Shown here piece after piece: positions 9,513 through 19,656 of a stretch of DNA of 64,000 nt. The stretch's first letter is position 1, and every line of letters begins with the position of its first letter. The notes below the pieces were generated by a model. The model saw only the letters and a program-made list of their open reading frames with translations. It was not told the origin of the DNA and did not search any database. This DNA is from Planctomycetota bacterium. GTDB taxonomy: Bacteria; Planctomycetota; GCA-002687715; CAIWVZ01. A program made the translations under genes and the position numbers. Location of the stretch: positions 224,001 through 288,000 of the forward strand of contig JBGANV010000002.1 of the NCBI GenBank assembly GCA_044222185.1. Reading direction: 5' to 3'.

Positions 9513-12143
9513 ATGCACCTGAGATGGGCACTGGCTGTCGGCGTCGCGGTCGCGGTCGCGGTCGGGATCTGCGTCTGGCTCCTGGCCGATGGCTTCGGTC
9601 CCGCGCGCAACGATCCGAGAGTTGAACACGACCGTCCCGCAGTTGCATGGCCGTCGGTCGCACCTGCGTCACGGCCCGTCGCCGCGATCACCGCGTCGCC
9701 ATTCCAGAATCCCGAGGCGGATGTGGCGCCGTCGCCGCTCCTGTCGCCGGTGCCCGACGGACCGAAGGTGCGCGTCATCGACGGCGAGACCGGGCAGCCC
9801 GTTCCGGGGGCCGAGATCGTCTGCTGTGACCGCGCGGCCTTCGACGCGGCAGCGCGTCTCGAGAGCCAGGACGCGCGCGTCGAGCAGGAGGACGCGCTCC
9901 GCAGCGTCGGCAAGAGATTCCTCGTCGGCGCGGACGGAACGGTCACGGTCGTGCCCGCCGACGGGGGGCTGTGGGTTTTCGCGCGCTTCGGCCTGGCTTC
10001 CGGCGCAGCCTGGCTCGTTCCGCCTCATCCGGAAATGACCGACGTCACCATCCGCAAGGACGCATCGATCACGGTGCGCGTCGTCGATGCGGTCGGCCGC
10101 GGCGCCGGCAACCTGGAGATCGTTTGCGCGCTGGTCCTCCAGGATCGGGTCACACGGCTTTCCGTTCGCCGAAGCCGCATCGAAGACGGTGTCGTCCAAT
10201 TCCGGAACGTATTTCTCGGGGTGGCTCCCGACACACTGCACGAGGCCGGGACGCTGGAGATATTTCCGCGGTATGCGCCCGTGCCGCCGACACGCGTCAC
10301 CGTGAGGGCCGACGCCATCCCCGTCGAACCGATCACGCTCACGCTGAAGCCGGTCGGAACGGTCGTCGTGAAGGTCGAGCCGGACGGCGGCACACCGCGG
10401 AGGAACTCCGAGGTGCACCTGCACGTGGGCGACGGTTCCACGCCGGCGGCAGGGGTGAGCGCACTGCAGTACCCATCCGTTCGCGCCGACTCGCAAGGCG
10501 TCGCGACGTTCGAGAACGTCTCGGCGGGAGTGCCCCTCGTCATCACGGCGAGAGTGCCGGGTCACTCCGGCTCGACCATCCGGTCGGAGGGCATCCCGAC
10601 TCACGGCGACACGATCACCGTGCCGATGGTCGCCGGCGCGGGGGTGCCCGCCATCCGGATCCGGCTGATCGACGAGTCGGCGAAGCCGTGCGCGCGCGTG
10701 CTACTTGCGTGCAAGGCCGCGCCCGCGGTGGACGACGCGCAGACCATCTTCGTCGATCGGACCGACGAAGACGGTCGGATCGAACGCAACCTGCCGACGC
10801 TTCCGGCTTCGATCACCGCGATCGAGCTGCGAAGCCAGTCGCGCGAGGACGGACCCGCACGTGTCGTGAGCGTGCCGCTTCCATCTCCGATGAAGCCCGG
10901 AATGATCGACCTGGGCGACGTCGTCTGGAAGACGTTGCCGCCGATCGTCTCCGGTCGCGTGGTCGATGGCGGGGGCGCGCCCGTCGCTGGCGCGTCGGTC
11001 GCGCTGCAAGGACGCAAGAGCGAGCGGTTCGGTTGGAATCACCTGGACGTCGACGCTGCGACTGCGGCACGCGATGGCTCGTTCACCATCGCGGGGAGCG
11101 CGCCGGACGGTGAGCTCGCGGCGATCTGCTGGGGGCAATGGGTCGTGCAGACCGAGCCCATCCCCGTCGTGCCGGGATCCACGGGAGTCACGCTCGTCGT
11201 CGAGAGGGCCGGTGGACTCCGTGGCCGGGTGGCGCTGCCGACCGGGTGGGACGCGCGCGAATTCCACGTGTCCGCGAAACCCGCGAACTCGATGGATGAC
11301 GAGTCGGTCAACCGCAGCATCCCCGTGCGGGTCGAGCCCGATGGATCGTTCGAGACCGATTCCGTGCCGGCGGGCGTGTTCACGTTCGTGGTGAGGCACT
11401 CCGGGTCGCCATTCGATCCACTGATCTCGATCCCGGGCATCGACATCGTCCGCGGGAAGTTCGCGACGGACCCGCGACTGGCGCCGTTGCGGCTCGAAGA
11501 ATCGTGTCTCTTCGTGACGATCCGGGCCAGGAACCAGGCGAACGAACCGGTGCCCCACCCCGTCGCAGGCGTCGAGCTGCCCGATTTCCCGAAGCTCACG
11601 AGCCATTCGTTCCACGCTGCGCAGCCGGGAGGCGGAATCCGCATCGTGATTCCCAGCCGGCGGCCGCGAACGATCACGGTCGGAGCGCCGGGATACCGCG
11701 CGGTGACGCTGACGGACGTCACGACGGATCGCGACGTCGTCCTGTCCGGCGGGCTGCGCGTCGACCTCTCGTTCACCAACGTGCCCAAGCTTCCCGAGGG
11801 GATGCACCTCCACGTCACGCTTCACCCGTCGCGCGCTGACCCCGACGCGTCGGTTCTCTACGACGTCGTCCGCTCGGGACTGTTTCAGTTGGACGAGTCC
11901 GGCGCGGCGTCTGGAACCGTGCCGTCCGCCGCATCCTACGACGTCTCGCTCGCACTCGTCGTCGACGACCTGGGCCCGGAACCGCGCGCGGGCCAATCGA
12001 TGTTCGGCCTTCCCCATTCCGGTCTCAAAGCAACGGTCGCCGACCAGGCCGATGTTCAACTCCTGCGTTTCACGCTCTCCGATTCGCTCCTCGCCGCGCT
12101 GTCGGAAACCCTCGAGTCCGCACGATCGTCCCGCCGCCGCTGA
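9513..12143 (+). CDS. Membrane-anchored protein with carboxypeptidase-regulatory-like (transthyretin-like beta-sandwich) repeats
   Basis: N-terminal TM helix and repeated motifs VRVIDGETGQPVPGAEI, VSGRVVDGGGAPVAGASV, TDEDGRI and ADSQGVATFENV. Confidence 0.8.
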   Translation: MHLRWALAVGVAVAVAVGICVWLLADGFGPARNDPRVEHDRPAVAWPSVAPASRPVAAITASPFQNPEADVAPSPLLSPVPDGPKVRVIDGETGQPVPGAEIVCCDRAAFDAAARLESQDARVEQEDALRSVGKRFLVGADGTVTVVPADGGLWVFARFGLASGAAWLVPPHPEMTDVTIRKDASITVRVVDAVGRGAGNLEIVCALVLQDRVTRLSVRRSRIEDGVVQFRNVFLGVAPDTLHEAGTLEIFPRYAPVPPTRVTVRADAIPVEPITLTLKPVGTVVVKVEPDGGTPRRNSEVHLHVGDGSTPAAGVSALQYPSVRADSQGVATFENVSAGVPLVITARVPGHSGSTIRSEGIPTHGDTITVPMVAGAGVPAIRIRLIDESAKPCARVLLACKAAPAVDDAQTIFVDRTDEDGRIERNLPTLPASITAIELRSQSREDGPARVVSVPLPSPMKPGMIDLGDVVWKTLPPIVSGRVVDGGGAPVAGASVALQGRKSERFGWNHLDVDAATAARDGSFTIAGSAPDGELAAICWGQWVVQTEPIPVVPGSTGVTLVVERAGGLRGRVALPTGWDAREFHVSAKPANSMDDESVNRSIPVRVEPDGSFETDSVPAGVFTFVVRHSGSPFDPLISIPGIDIVRGKFATDPRLAPLRLEESCLFVTIRARNQANEPVPHPVAGVELPDFPKLTSHSFHAAQPGGGIRIVIPSRRPRTITVGAPGYRAVTLTDVTTDRDVVLSGGLRVDLSFTNVPKLPEGMHLHVTLHPSRADPDASVLYDVVRSGLFQLDESGAASGTVPSAASYDVSLALVVDDLGPEPRAGQSMFGLPHSGLKATVADQADVQLLRFTLSDSLLAALSETLESARSSRRR

Positions 12144-12163
12144 CGAGTTTCGTCGCGGAGTGG

Positions 12164-12624
12164 GGAACGCCAGGCTTCTGCCTGGCCGGGGGGCGAGGCC
12201 TCCGGGCTCGCCGGGATCTCGCGGCGAACTTCCTGCTCGCAGCTGCGGTCGATCGCACCTCGCCGTTCCGGGCAGGGTGGAACCCTGCCGTCCAGCCGCG
12301 CCGGAGCGCGGCGTTCCGGAACGCCAGGCTCTGCCTGGCTGGGCGGCGAGTCCTCCGGGCTCGCCTGATCGCGCGGCGAACTTTCAGCGCGCGACCGCGG
12401 TCGATCGCACCTCACCGTGCCAGGCAGGGTGGAACCCTGCCGTCCAGCCGCGCGGGAGCGCGGCGCTCCGGAACGCCAGGCTCTGCCTGGCCGGACGGCG
12501 AGACCTCCGGGCTCGCCTGATCTCGCGGCGAACCTCCAGCGCGCGACCGCGGTCGATCGCACCTCACCGTGCCGGGCAGGGTGGAACCCTGCCGTCCGGC
12601 CGCGCGGGAGCGCGGCGCTCCGGA
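12164..12624 (+). repeat. Tandem array (3 copies, 152-bp period) of a multi-hairpin REP/BIME-like element
   Basis: GGCAGGGTGGAACCCTGCC recurs at 12271, 12423 and 12575. Each unit also has CCGCGC-N4-GCGCGG, GCCAGG-N5-CCTGGC and GGCGAG...CTCGCC stems. Confidence 0.9.
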
Positions 12625-12691
12625 GGGCGTGTGGTATGACGTCGCCATGCCATGCGGCGCCCGCAACGTGCGAAGCGCGTCGATCGACACG

Positions 12692-14962
12692 ATGCGGATC
12701 GGCATCGCGCTCGTCGCCCTCGGCGCATTCGGGTCTGCCGTCGCGGCGCAGGCGCCCCGCCGGCTCGTGGTCATGTGCGAGCAACGCGCTCTCGGGGTCT
12801 GGGAGGACCTGGAGGCCCTGTCCCGCGATTTCGAGAAGGACAATCCCGGTGTCGAGGTCCAACTGCTCGAGCAGGCCGGCGCGTCGACGGCCGACGACAA
12901 GATCAAGTTCATGCTCGCGGGAGATCTGCCGCTCGACGTCATGCGCGTGGACATCGGAGAACTGGCGGCGTTCCTCGACGAGAACGCGTTGTTCGATCTG
13001 GATCCGTACTTCAGCAAGGATCCCACGTGGCGGCCGGACGATTACTTCCGCCAGCCCATCGATGCATTGCGCGATGCCCGCGGCCACCTGTTCGGTCTGC
13101 CGTCGACCTTCACGCCCTACGTGCTCTACTGCAATCTGGATCTCCTGGCCCGCGCAGGACTCGGTCGCCCCAAACCCGACTGGACCTGGGACGACTTCCT
13201 GCGCTATGCGCGCGCGACGACGAAAGACCTCGACGGCGACGGCAAGCCGGACCAGTTCGGGATCTCGCTCACGCAATGGCTCCAGGCCGTCGTGCCGTGG
13301 ATCTGGCAGAACGGCGGCGAGCTCATCGACGCGACGAACACGAAGAGCCGGCTGGGCGAGCCCGCGGTCGTGGACGCGTTGCAGTTCCTCAACACGCTCC
13401 TGCACGTCGAGCGTGTCTCTTCATTCGACGCGACGTTCGAGAATCAACTGAGCCAGGGGTTGTTCCAGGCCGGTCGGGCGGCGTTCTTCGGTCCCACCGG
13501 CTACTGGGAGACGTGGCGCTTCAAACACATCAAGGACTTCCGCTGGGACGTGGTGCCGCTCCCCCGCGGCAAGCGCGCCGCGACGTCGATCGCCATGCAG
13601 GCGTACGTGGTGCCGCGTACGTCGCGCGAACCCGAGCTCGCCTACCGGTACATCCGGGCGCTGGGGTCCGATCGCTGGCAGCGCGTGCTGGCGAAGATCG
13701 GCAACGGCGTTCCAGCCATCAAATCGGCGGCGCAGTCCGACGCGTTCCTGAAACCCGACACGCCACCGGAGAGCGAGCAGGTCTTTCTCGACGTGTTGTC
13801 GACGGCGCGTTTCATGCCGCCGCTGGCGAACTGGCGCAAGATCGAAGCCCTATGCCAGGCCGAGTTCCAGGGCTCGCTCCTCTTTCGCGAGACGGACATC
13901 GCTCGCGCCTGCGCGCGCGCCGCGCAGAAGACCGACGACTACCTCGCACGGGTTCGAGATCGCAAGCAACGGCCCAGACTGTGGCGTTGGACGATGGAAG
14001 TCTCGATCGCCGCCGCCGTCCTCGCGCTGCTCGGGGGGTTCGTCGCGCGACGCGACCGCAAGCCATCGGCAATCGTGCGACGCCAGGAGCGCCAGGGCCT
14101 CGCCATGCTCGCTCCATGGGCCGTCGGCTTCGTCGCCTTCCTCTTTGGACCGGCGGTGTCCTCGATCGTCCTGTCGTTCTGCGAATGGTCGCCACTGCGC
14201 GACGTGCACGACATCGGCTTCGTCGGTTCGGGCAACTACGCACAGATCCTCACCGACGACACGTTCTGGACGTCACTGCGCGTCACGAGTCTCTACGCTG
14301 CGGGCAGCGTCCCGCTGGGCCTGGTCATCGCGCTCGCGCTCGCGCTACTCCTCGATGCCGAGACACGCACGGCGCGCGCGCTCCGGACGATCATCTACCT
14401 GCCGGCCATCGTGTCACCGGTCATCGTGGCAGCCGTGTGGCGCTTCATCCTCGATCCCGAGCGCGGGCTGCTGAACCGCGGGCTGGCTCAGCTCGGCATC
14501 GAGGGGCCCGCGTGGATTCGCAGCGAGACGTGGGTCGTGCCGTCGTTCGTGCTCGCGAGCCTCTGGGCCGTCGGTGGCCAGATGCTCGTCTTCCTCGCCG
14601 CGCTGAAGACGGTCGATCGCAGCCTTCTCGATGCGGCCCGCGTCGACGGGGCCGGCCCATGGCGGCGGCTCCTTCACGTGACGCTTCCGTCGCTCACGCC
14701 GGTGATCCTCTTCAACCTCTTGATCGGGCTCATCAACGCGTTCCAGATCTTCGCGCAGCCGTACGTGATGACCGGCGGCGGACCGGGCAACGCGTCGCGG
14801 TTCCTCGTGCTCTACATCTACGAGACCGGGTTCAAGCACCTGGAGATGGGCTACGCGTCGACGATCGCGTGGGTGATGGTCGCGATCCTCGCCGCACTTT
14901 CGCTCGTCATCATGCGGACGTCCCGACGGTGGGTTCATTACGCCGCGAGGATCCGCGAATGA
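12692..14962 (+). CDS. Carbohydrate ABC transporter: extracellular solute-binding protein fused to MalF/UgpA-type permease
   Basis: Signal peptide MRIGIALVALGAFGSAVAAQ. SBP family 1 motifs (LYCNLDLLARAGL...WTWDDFL, FRWDVVPLP), then TM helices with the EAA loop LLDAARVDGAGPWRRLLHVTLP in the same frame. The start is approximate. Confidence 0.9.
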   Translation: MRIGIALVALGAFGSAVAAQAPRRLVVMCEQRALGVWEDLEALSRDFEKDNPGVEVQLLEQAGASTADDKIKFMLAGDLPLDVMRVDIGELAAFLDENALFDLDPYFSKDPTWRPDDYFRQPIDALRDARGHLFGLPSTFTPYVLYCNLDLLARAGLGRPKPDWTWDDFLRYARATTKDLDGDGKPDQFGISLTQWLQAVVPWIWQNGGELIDATNTKSRLGEPAVVDALQFLNTLLHVERVSSFDATFENQLSQGLFQAGRAAFFGPTGYWETWRFKHIKDFRWDVVPLPRGKRAATSIAMQAYVVPRTSREPELAYRYIRALGSDRWQRVLAKIGNGVPAIKSAAQSDAFLKPDTPPESEQVFLDVLSTARFMPPLANWRKIEALCQAEFQGSLLFRETDIARACARAAQKTDDYLARVRDRKQRPRLWRWTMEVSIAAAVLALLGGFVARRDRKPSAIVRRQERQGLAMLAPWAVGFVAFLFGPAVSSIVLSFCEWSPLRDVHDIGFVGSGNYAQILTDDTFWTSLRVTSLYAAGSVPLGLVIALALALLLDAETRTARALRTIIYLPAIVSPVIVAAVWRFILDPERGLLNRGLAQLGIEGPAWIRSETWVVPSFVLASLWAVGGQMLVFLAALKTVDRSLLDAARVDGAGPWRRLLHVTLPSLTPVILFNLLIGLINAFQIFAQPYVMTGGGPGNASRFLVLYIYETGFKHLEMGYASTIAWVMVAILAALSLVIMRTSRRWVHYAARIRE

Positions 14963-15786
14963 GCCGCGCGCAGCGCATCGTCCGGAACGTCACCATGCTC
15001 GCGGCGGGCCTCCTGTTCCTGTGGCCGATCGTGTTCATGGTGGAGGTCTCGCTCCAGCGCGAGGGGACGGGATTGATGCGCTCGATCCCCGAACTCGTGG
15101 GCGACGTCCACCCGGAGAACTACCGCGAAGCACTCACGCGGATGGGGAACTTCCCACTCCTTTTCTGGAACACGGTGATGGTGACCGTGCTCTCCATCCT
15201 GGGTCAGCTGCTGACGACATCGCTCGCCGGCTACGCATTCGCGCGCGTCCCGTTCCGTGGACGCGACGCACTGTTCACGCTGGTGCTCGCGACCATGCTG
15301 CTTCCCGATCAGGTCACGGCGATCCCGCGATTCCTCCTCTTCCGCGTCCTGGGGATGGTCGACACGTTCCAGCCGCTCATCCTCCCCACCGTGCTCGGGG
15401 GCGCGCCGTTCTTCATCTTCCTGTTCCGCCAGTACTTCCTCTCGCTGCCATCCGAGCTCTCGGACGCCGCCCGGGTCGACGGCTGCGGGCACTGGCGGAT
15501 CTGGTGGCACATCATGCTGCCCCTCGCGCGTCCCATGCTGGCGACGGTGGGCATCTTCACGTTCCTCGCCGCGTGGAACGACTTCTGGAACCCGCTCATC
15601 TACATCCTCCTCCCCGAGAGACAGACCCTCACGCTGGCGTTGGCCGGCTTCAACCGCACGTACAACACGGCCGTCGAGCACATGATGGCCGCGTCCGCCG
15701 TCGTGCTCGCGCCCTGCGTGATCGTCTACTTCCTGGCACAGAAGCTCTTCCTTCGCGGTGTCGAAGTGGCCGCATCGAAACGGTGA
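14959..15786 (+). CDS. Carbohydrate ABC transporter permease (MalG/UgpE type)
   Basis: ATGA overlap with the upstream stop. Motifs LAGYAFARVPFRGRD, EAA loop ELSDAARVDGCGHWRIWWHIMLPL and WNDFWNPLIY. Confidence 0.93.
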   Translation: MSRAQRIVRNVTMLAAGLLFLWPIVFMVEVSLQREGTGLMRSIPELVGDVHPENYREALTRMGNFPLLFWNTVMVTVLSILGQLLTTSLAGYAFARVPFRGRDALFTLVLATMLLPDQVTAIPRFLLFRVLGMVDTFQPLILPTVLGGAPFFIFLFRQYFLSLPSELSDAARVDGCGHWRIWWHIMLPLARPMLATVGIFTFLAAWNDFWNPLIYILLPERQTLTLALAGFNRTYNTAVEHMMAASAVVLAPCVIVYFLAQKLFLRGVEVAASKR

Positions 15787-15793
15787 CCCTCAC

Positions 15794-16879
15794 ATGGCCC
15801 GATTGAAGCTCGAGCACCTCACGAAGACCTTCGGCGCCGCGACGGTGCTGAACGACGTCTCGCTCGATGTAGGCGATGGCGAGTTCCTCGTGCTCGTCGG
15901 CCCGAGCGGGTGCGGGAAGTCGACGCTCCTGCGGATCATCGCCGGCCTCGAGGCACCGACCCGTGGGCGCTGCATCCTCGACGGCGTCGACGTCACGGAT
16001 CGGGACCCGACGCAGCGGGACGTGGCCATGGTCTTCCAGAACTACGCGCTTTATCCCCACATGACCGTGCGGAAGAACCTCGAATTTCCGCTGCGGCTGC
16101 GCAAGTTCTCGACATCCGAGCGTGGGAGGAAAGTAGACGAGGTCGCCGAGATTCTCGGATTGGCGCCTCTCCTCGACCGCAAGCCGGGAACGCTGAGCGG
16201 CGGCCAGATGCAGCGCGTGGCCCTGGGCCGCGCCATCATCCGCAATCCACGGCTCTTCTTGTTCGACGAGCCGCTGTCGAACCTGGACGCAAAGATGCGC
16301 TCGGAAATGCGCAGCGAGATCGCGCGGCTCCATCGACGGCTCGGCGTGACGACGATCTACGTGACGCACGATCAGGCCGAGGCCATGACCATGGGTTCGC
16401 GGATCGTCGTGATGCAGAAGGGCTCGGTCCAGCAGGCGGGGGCGCCGCTCGCCGTGTTCGATGACCCCGCCAACACGTTCGTCGCATCCTTCATCGGAAG
16501 CCCGCCCATGAACCTCGTCCCTGGCGAGGTCGAGGGCGGGGTGTTCCGTGCCGGTCCGCTGGCGGTGCCATGTCCGCATGGCGCCCAGGGAGCGGTCATT
16601 CTCGGGATACGCCCGCACGCGTTCCTCGATTCGGGCTCCACGTCAGCTCCCGCGACCTACGTGGAGAATCTGGGCACTCAGACCGTGATCGAGGTCGACC
16701 TGGGAGGGTCGCGGCTCCTCGTCACCCGGGACGGCAATCGCGCGGTGACGCCTGGTGATCCGGTGCGACTCGGGATCGACCCGGCGACGGTCCGCTGGTT
16801 CGACGTCCGAACCGGAAACCGGGCTTGGCCACCGATTTCCGAAGCCGCCCCGTCCCAAGAAGCCTCCGGCTGTGCATAA
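15794..16879 (+). CDS. Carbohydrate ABC transporter ATP-binding protein (MalK/UgpC type)
   Basis: Walker A GPSGCGKST, VFQNYALYPH, signature LSGGQ, FDEPLSNLD, YVTHDQ, and a C-terminal TOBE-like region. Confidence 0.96.
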   Translation: MARLKLEHLTKTFGAATVLNDVSLDVGDGEFLVLVGPSGCGKSTLLRIIAGLEAPTRGRCILDGVDVTDRDPTQRDVAMVFQNYALYPHMTVRKNLEFPLRLRKFSTSERGRKVDEVAEILGLAPLLDRKPGTLSGGQMQRVALGRAIIRNPRLFLFDEPLSNLDAKMRSEMRSEIARLHRRLGVTTIYVTHDQAEAMTMGSRIVVMQKGSVQQAGAPLAVFDDPANTFVASFIGSPPMNLVPGEVEGGVFRAGPLAVPCPHGAQGAVILGIRPHAFLDSGSTSAPATYVENLGTQTVIEVDLGGSRLLVTRDGNRAVTPGDPVRLGIDPATVRWFDVRTGNRAWPPISEAAPSQEASGCA

Positions 16880-16914
16880 TCGGGTCACCCAGTTCGCACT
16901 GGAGGAAAAACTGC

Positions 16915-17790
16915 ATGCCCGCACGTGCTGACAAGGCCGCTCCCGTCAAACCCGGCAAGAAGCCTGGGGCGGGTCCGGCGAAGGGGGCTTCAAAGGCCAC
17001 CAGCGCCAAGCCCGCCCCCAAGAAGGTCGAGAAGAAACCACTGCCCGCACCCACCAAGGCTCCTTCCAAGGGCAAGCCCGAGAAGCCCGCGGCAAAGCCA
17101 CAACCAAAGTCCGCAGCGAAGGTTGCGGCTCCGACGCCGGCCCCGGTAGCGGAGAAGCCGGGAAAGGTCCCGCCGTCTTCCAAGGCACCAGCTTCAAAGG
17201 CGCCATCACCCCCGCCCGCCAAGGGCGCGGCGCCGTCCAACGCCAAGGCGGCGACAAAGGCTTCCGAAAAATCGTCAGCCAAGGGCGCCCCGGTCCACCC
17301 CGTCGCCGTTCCTGGGAGTGACTACAACCTGAGGGACGCCGTCCTCGGCGCCTTCGCCACCAGCAACCGGATCAATCGTTACCTGATCGAGAATCTGGCC
17401 GATGACGCGTGGCGCGCTCGGCCGCTCGACGGAAAGGGGCGGACGATCGCCTCGATCGTGGCGCACATCCACAACGTCCGGGTGATGTGGCTGCAGGCGG
17501 CGGGGGTCCAATCGAAGATTCCCGACCAGGTCGACAAGAACACGCTCACTCGAAAGGCGTCGGTGCGGGCGCTCGACGAGAGCCACCACGCCATCGAGAA
17601 GTTCGTCGCCGCGGCACTGAACGCCGATGGGGTAATCCCCAAGTTCCCGGCCGGTGTCGCGGGGTTCATCGCCTATCTCATGACGCATGACGCCCACCAC
17701 CGCGGCCAGATCTGCCTGATGGCGCGCCACTGCGGCAAACCCGTCCCGCAAGAAGTCATGTTCGGCATGTGGGAGTGGAGCAAGCGATAG
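16915..17790 (+). CDS. DinB/YfiT-family protein with an N-terminal Lys/Ala/Pro-rich (histone H1-like) extension
   Basis: GGAGG RBS before ATG 16915. About 130 aa of K/A/P/S low-complexity sequence precede a DinB-like domain with IVAHIHNVR and HDAHHRGQ. Confidence 0.85.
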   Translation: MPARADKAAPVKPGKKPGAGPAKGASKATSAKPAPKKVEKKPLPAPTKAPSKGKPEKPAAKPQPKSAAKVAAPTPAPVAEKPGKVPPSSKAPASKAPSPPPAKGAAPSNAKAATKASEKSSAKGAPVHPVAVPGSDYNLRDAVLGAFATSNRINRYLIENLADDAWRARPLDGKGRTIASIVAHIHNVRVMWLQAAGVQSKIPDQVDKNTLTRKASVRALDESHHAIEKFVAAALNADGVIPKFPAGVAGFIAYLMTHDAHHRGQICLMARHCGKPVPQEVMFGMWEWSKR

Positions 17791-17963
17791 CGCCCGCGCG
17801 ACCACGCGCGTGCGCCGGTCGGGCGTGAGTCGAATGCAGGGCGATCCGCGGCTCGGCAGACGCCGTTGCCGCAATGACGTTCGCCGCGCGTGGCGCCCGA
17901 CGGCGCCAGTCCGCGGGACGTGCGCCCGCGCGCTCCGCGACCTCCCTGTAAGATCGCCGGCCG

Positions 17964-19640
17964 ATGAACCGGGACGAGGCGGAGCGAGTGGCTCGCCGCA
18001 CCAGCGGAGCCGCAACGCGAGATCGGCATGGGGGGCGTGGCCTGGGGACCTTGCTGTTCCTGGTCGTGTTCGCCCTCGGCGTGGCACGTTACTGGCCGAT
18101 CATCGATCGCCCATGGGACGACGGGCTCGCGTCGACGAACAGCGCGCTCTACGTCGGCGGGTTCGCGCGGAGCTGGGAGCGCGTCGGGTTCGAGAGGCTC
18201 GCTGGGATCCCGTACCTGGCGGTGTTGCCGACGGATCCCCCCGTCGGCGCGCCGGACTACCACCACCCTCCGCTCTTTCGCTGGGCTGCCTACGCGGCCG
18301 TGAAGATCTGGGGGCTGAGCGAACGCTCGATCCGCATCGTGCCGATCCTCTTCTCTGCCCTCGGCGGCGCGGCCGTCGCGTGGCTTTGCCTGCGGAAGTT
18401 GGGCATGGGATGGGCATGCGTCGCCAGCGGGCTGTGGCTCGCGCTGCCCATGAGTGTCCTCTACGGATGGATGGCGGCGCCGGATCCGGCCGTGGTCGGG
18501 TTGGGCGCCCTGGCGTTCTGCGTGCAGGAGCACTTTCGCGGCCGACCCGGCCGGGGCTGGTTGTGGCTTCTGCCGATCCAATTCGTGGCGTCGCAGATGG
18601 ACTGGCAGGGGTGCTTCATCCCACCGGCGCTTCTCGTCCACGAGGTGATGCAGCCGCGGGGGGAACGCCGCATCGGTCGCGCCATCGTCTGCGGCATGGC
18701 GGGGGTCGCGTCGACGATCGTGGTCCTCGTGCTCTTCGGCTGGTGGACGGAGCGCATCGCCTTCGATGCGGACGCCGTGCTGGGTCGACGTTCGGGGGCG
18801 ATCCCATCAGCGGCGTTTCATTGGGAGCGCGTCGAGACCTACGTGAAAACGGCCCTTCGCCTCACGTTCGACGTGGCACATGACACGGCGACGGCCACGG
18901 GCACACACTCGATCGCAGGCGGGCTCTGCGCCATGGGCCGATTTGCGCTCGACATGTTCACGGCTCCCGTCCTGCTCGCAACCATCGCCTCGGCCTACAT
19001 CGCGCTTCGGCGCGACCGCCACCCCGCGGCGGCAAGCACGGCGCGGCTCGGCCTGTCGCTGCTCGTCCCCGGCGCGCTCAACACGATCCTGTTCCGCATG
19101 CACGCGTCCACCCACGAGTTCTGGTCGATGCACGCGTTGTGTGGGTTCGTCCTGTGCACCGTGGCCACCCTGTCGGCCATGGGCCGACCACGCGTCACCC
19201 TGCTGGTCCTGGGCGCGACCGCGTCGCTCGCGACCTCGACGATCAATCACCGCTTCACCGGTCAGCACGGCGAGGATCCGCGCGTGGCGGCCGCCGAACT
19301 CGACAGGCTCTGTGGCGCCGACGACACGCTCCTCTTCCAGGGCGACCTCACACCCGCGACCTTCTACTCCAAGCGATGGGTTCAGTCGGCAGTCCTCGGA
19401 CCTCCAGGGTTCCAGTGGCTCGCGCAGCTGATCGACGGGCACCGCCTGAAGTCCGGGAGGCTCATCCTCGTTCTGCCGGGCGATCTCGGAGATTCGACGA
19501 CGACGGAATCCATCCGCGCGTTCGCGGAACGGTACGGGAAGGTCGAGCACGTCGAAGGCTTGGCCCTCGCCCTCCGACTCGGTGCCGTCGCGCGCCGAGC
19601 GGCGGCCCGATCGCTCTGGATCGTGACGTGCAATCCGTGA
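17964..19640 (+). CDS. GT-C-fold membrane glycosyltransferase (ArnT/PMT-like)
   Basis: Multiple TM helices. First-loop acidic motif PWDD and HHPPLFRWAAYAAVKIWGLSERSIRIVPILFS, typical of ArnT/PMT_2 proteins. Confidence 0.75.
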   Translation: MNRDEAERVARRTSGAATRDRHGGRGLGTLLFLVVFALGVARYWPIIDRPWDDGLASTNSALYVGGFARSWERVGFERLAGIPYLAVLPTDPPVGAPDYHHPPLFRWAAYAAVKIWGLSERSIRIVPILFSALGGAAVAWLCLRKLGMGWACVASGLWLALPMSVLYGWMAAPDPAVVGLGALAFCVQEHFRGRPGRGWLWLLPIQFVASQMDWQGCFIPPALLVHEVMQPRGERRIGRAIVCGMAGVASTIVVLVLFGWWTERIAFDADAVLGRRSGAIPSAAFHWERVETYVKTALRLTFDVAHDTATATGTHSIAGGLCAMGRFALDMFTAPVLLATIASAYIALRRDRHPAAASTARLGLSLLVPGALNTILFRMHASTHEFWSMHALCGFVLCTVATLSAMGRPRVTLLVLGATASLATSTINHRFTGQHGEDPRVAAAELDRLCGADDTLLFQGDLTPATFYSKRWVQSAVLGPPGFQWLAQLIDGHRLKSGRLILVLPGDLGDSTTTESIRAFAERYGKVEHVEGLALALRLGAVARRAAARSLWIVTCNP

Positions 19641-19656
19641 TCGCGCGCGAGGCGCC

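Noticed and set aside
12652-14958. 1044-aa ORF as a long permease
   Set aside because: The upstream part is an Arg-rich off-frame read of the SBP-permease gene. The real start is the ATGA overlap at 14959.
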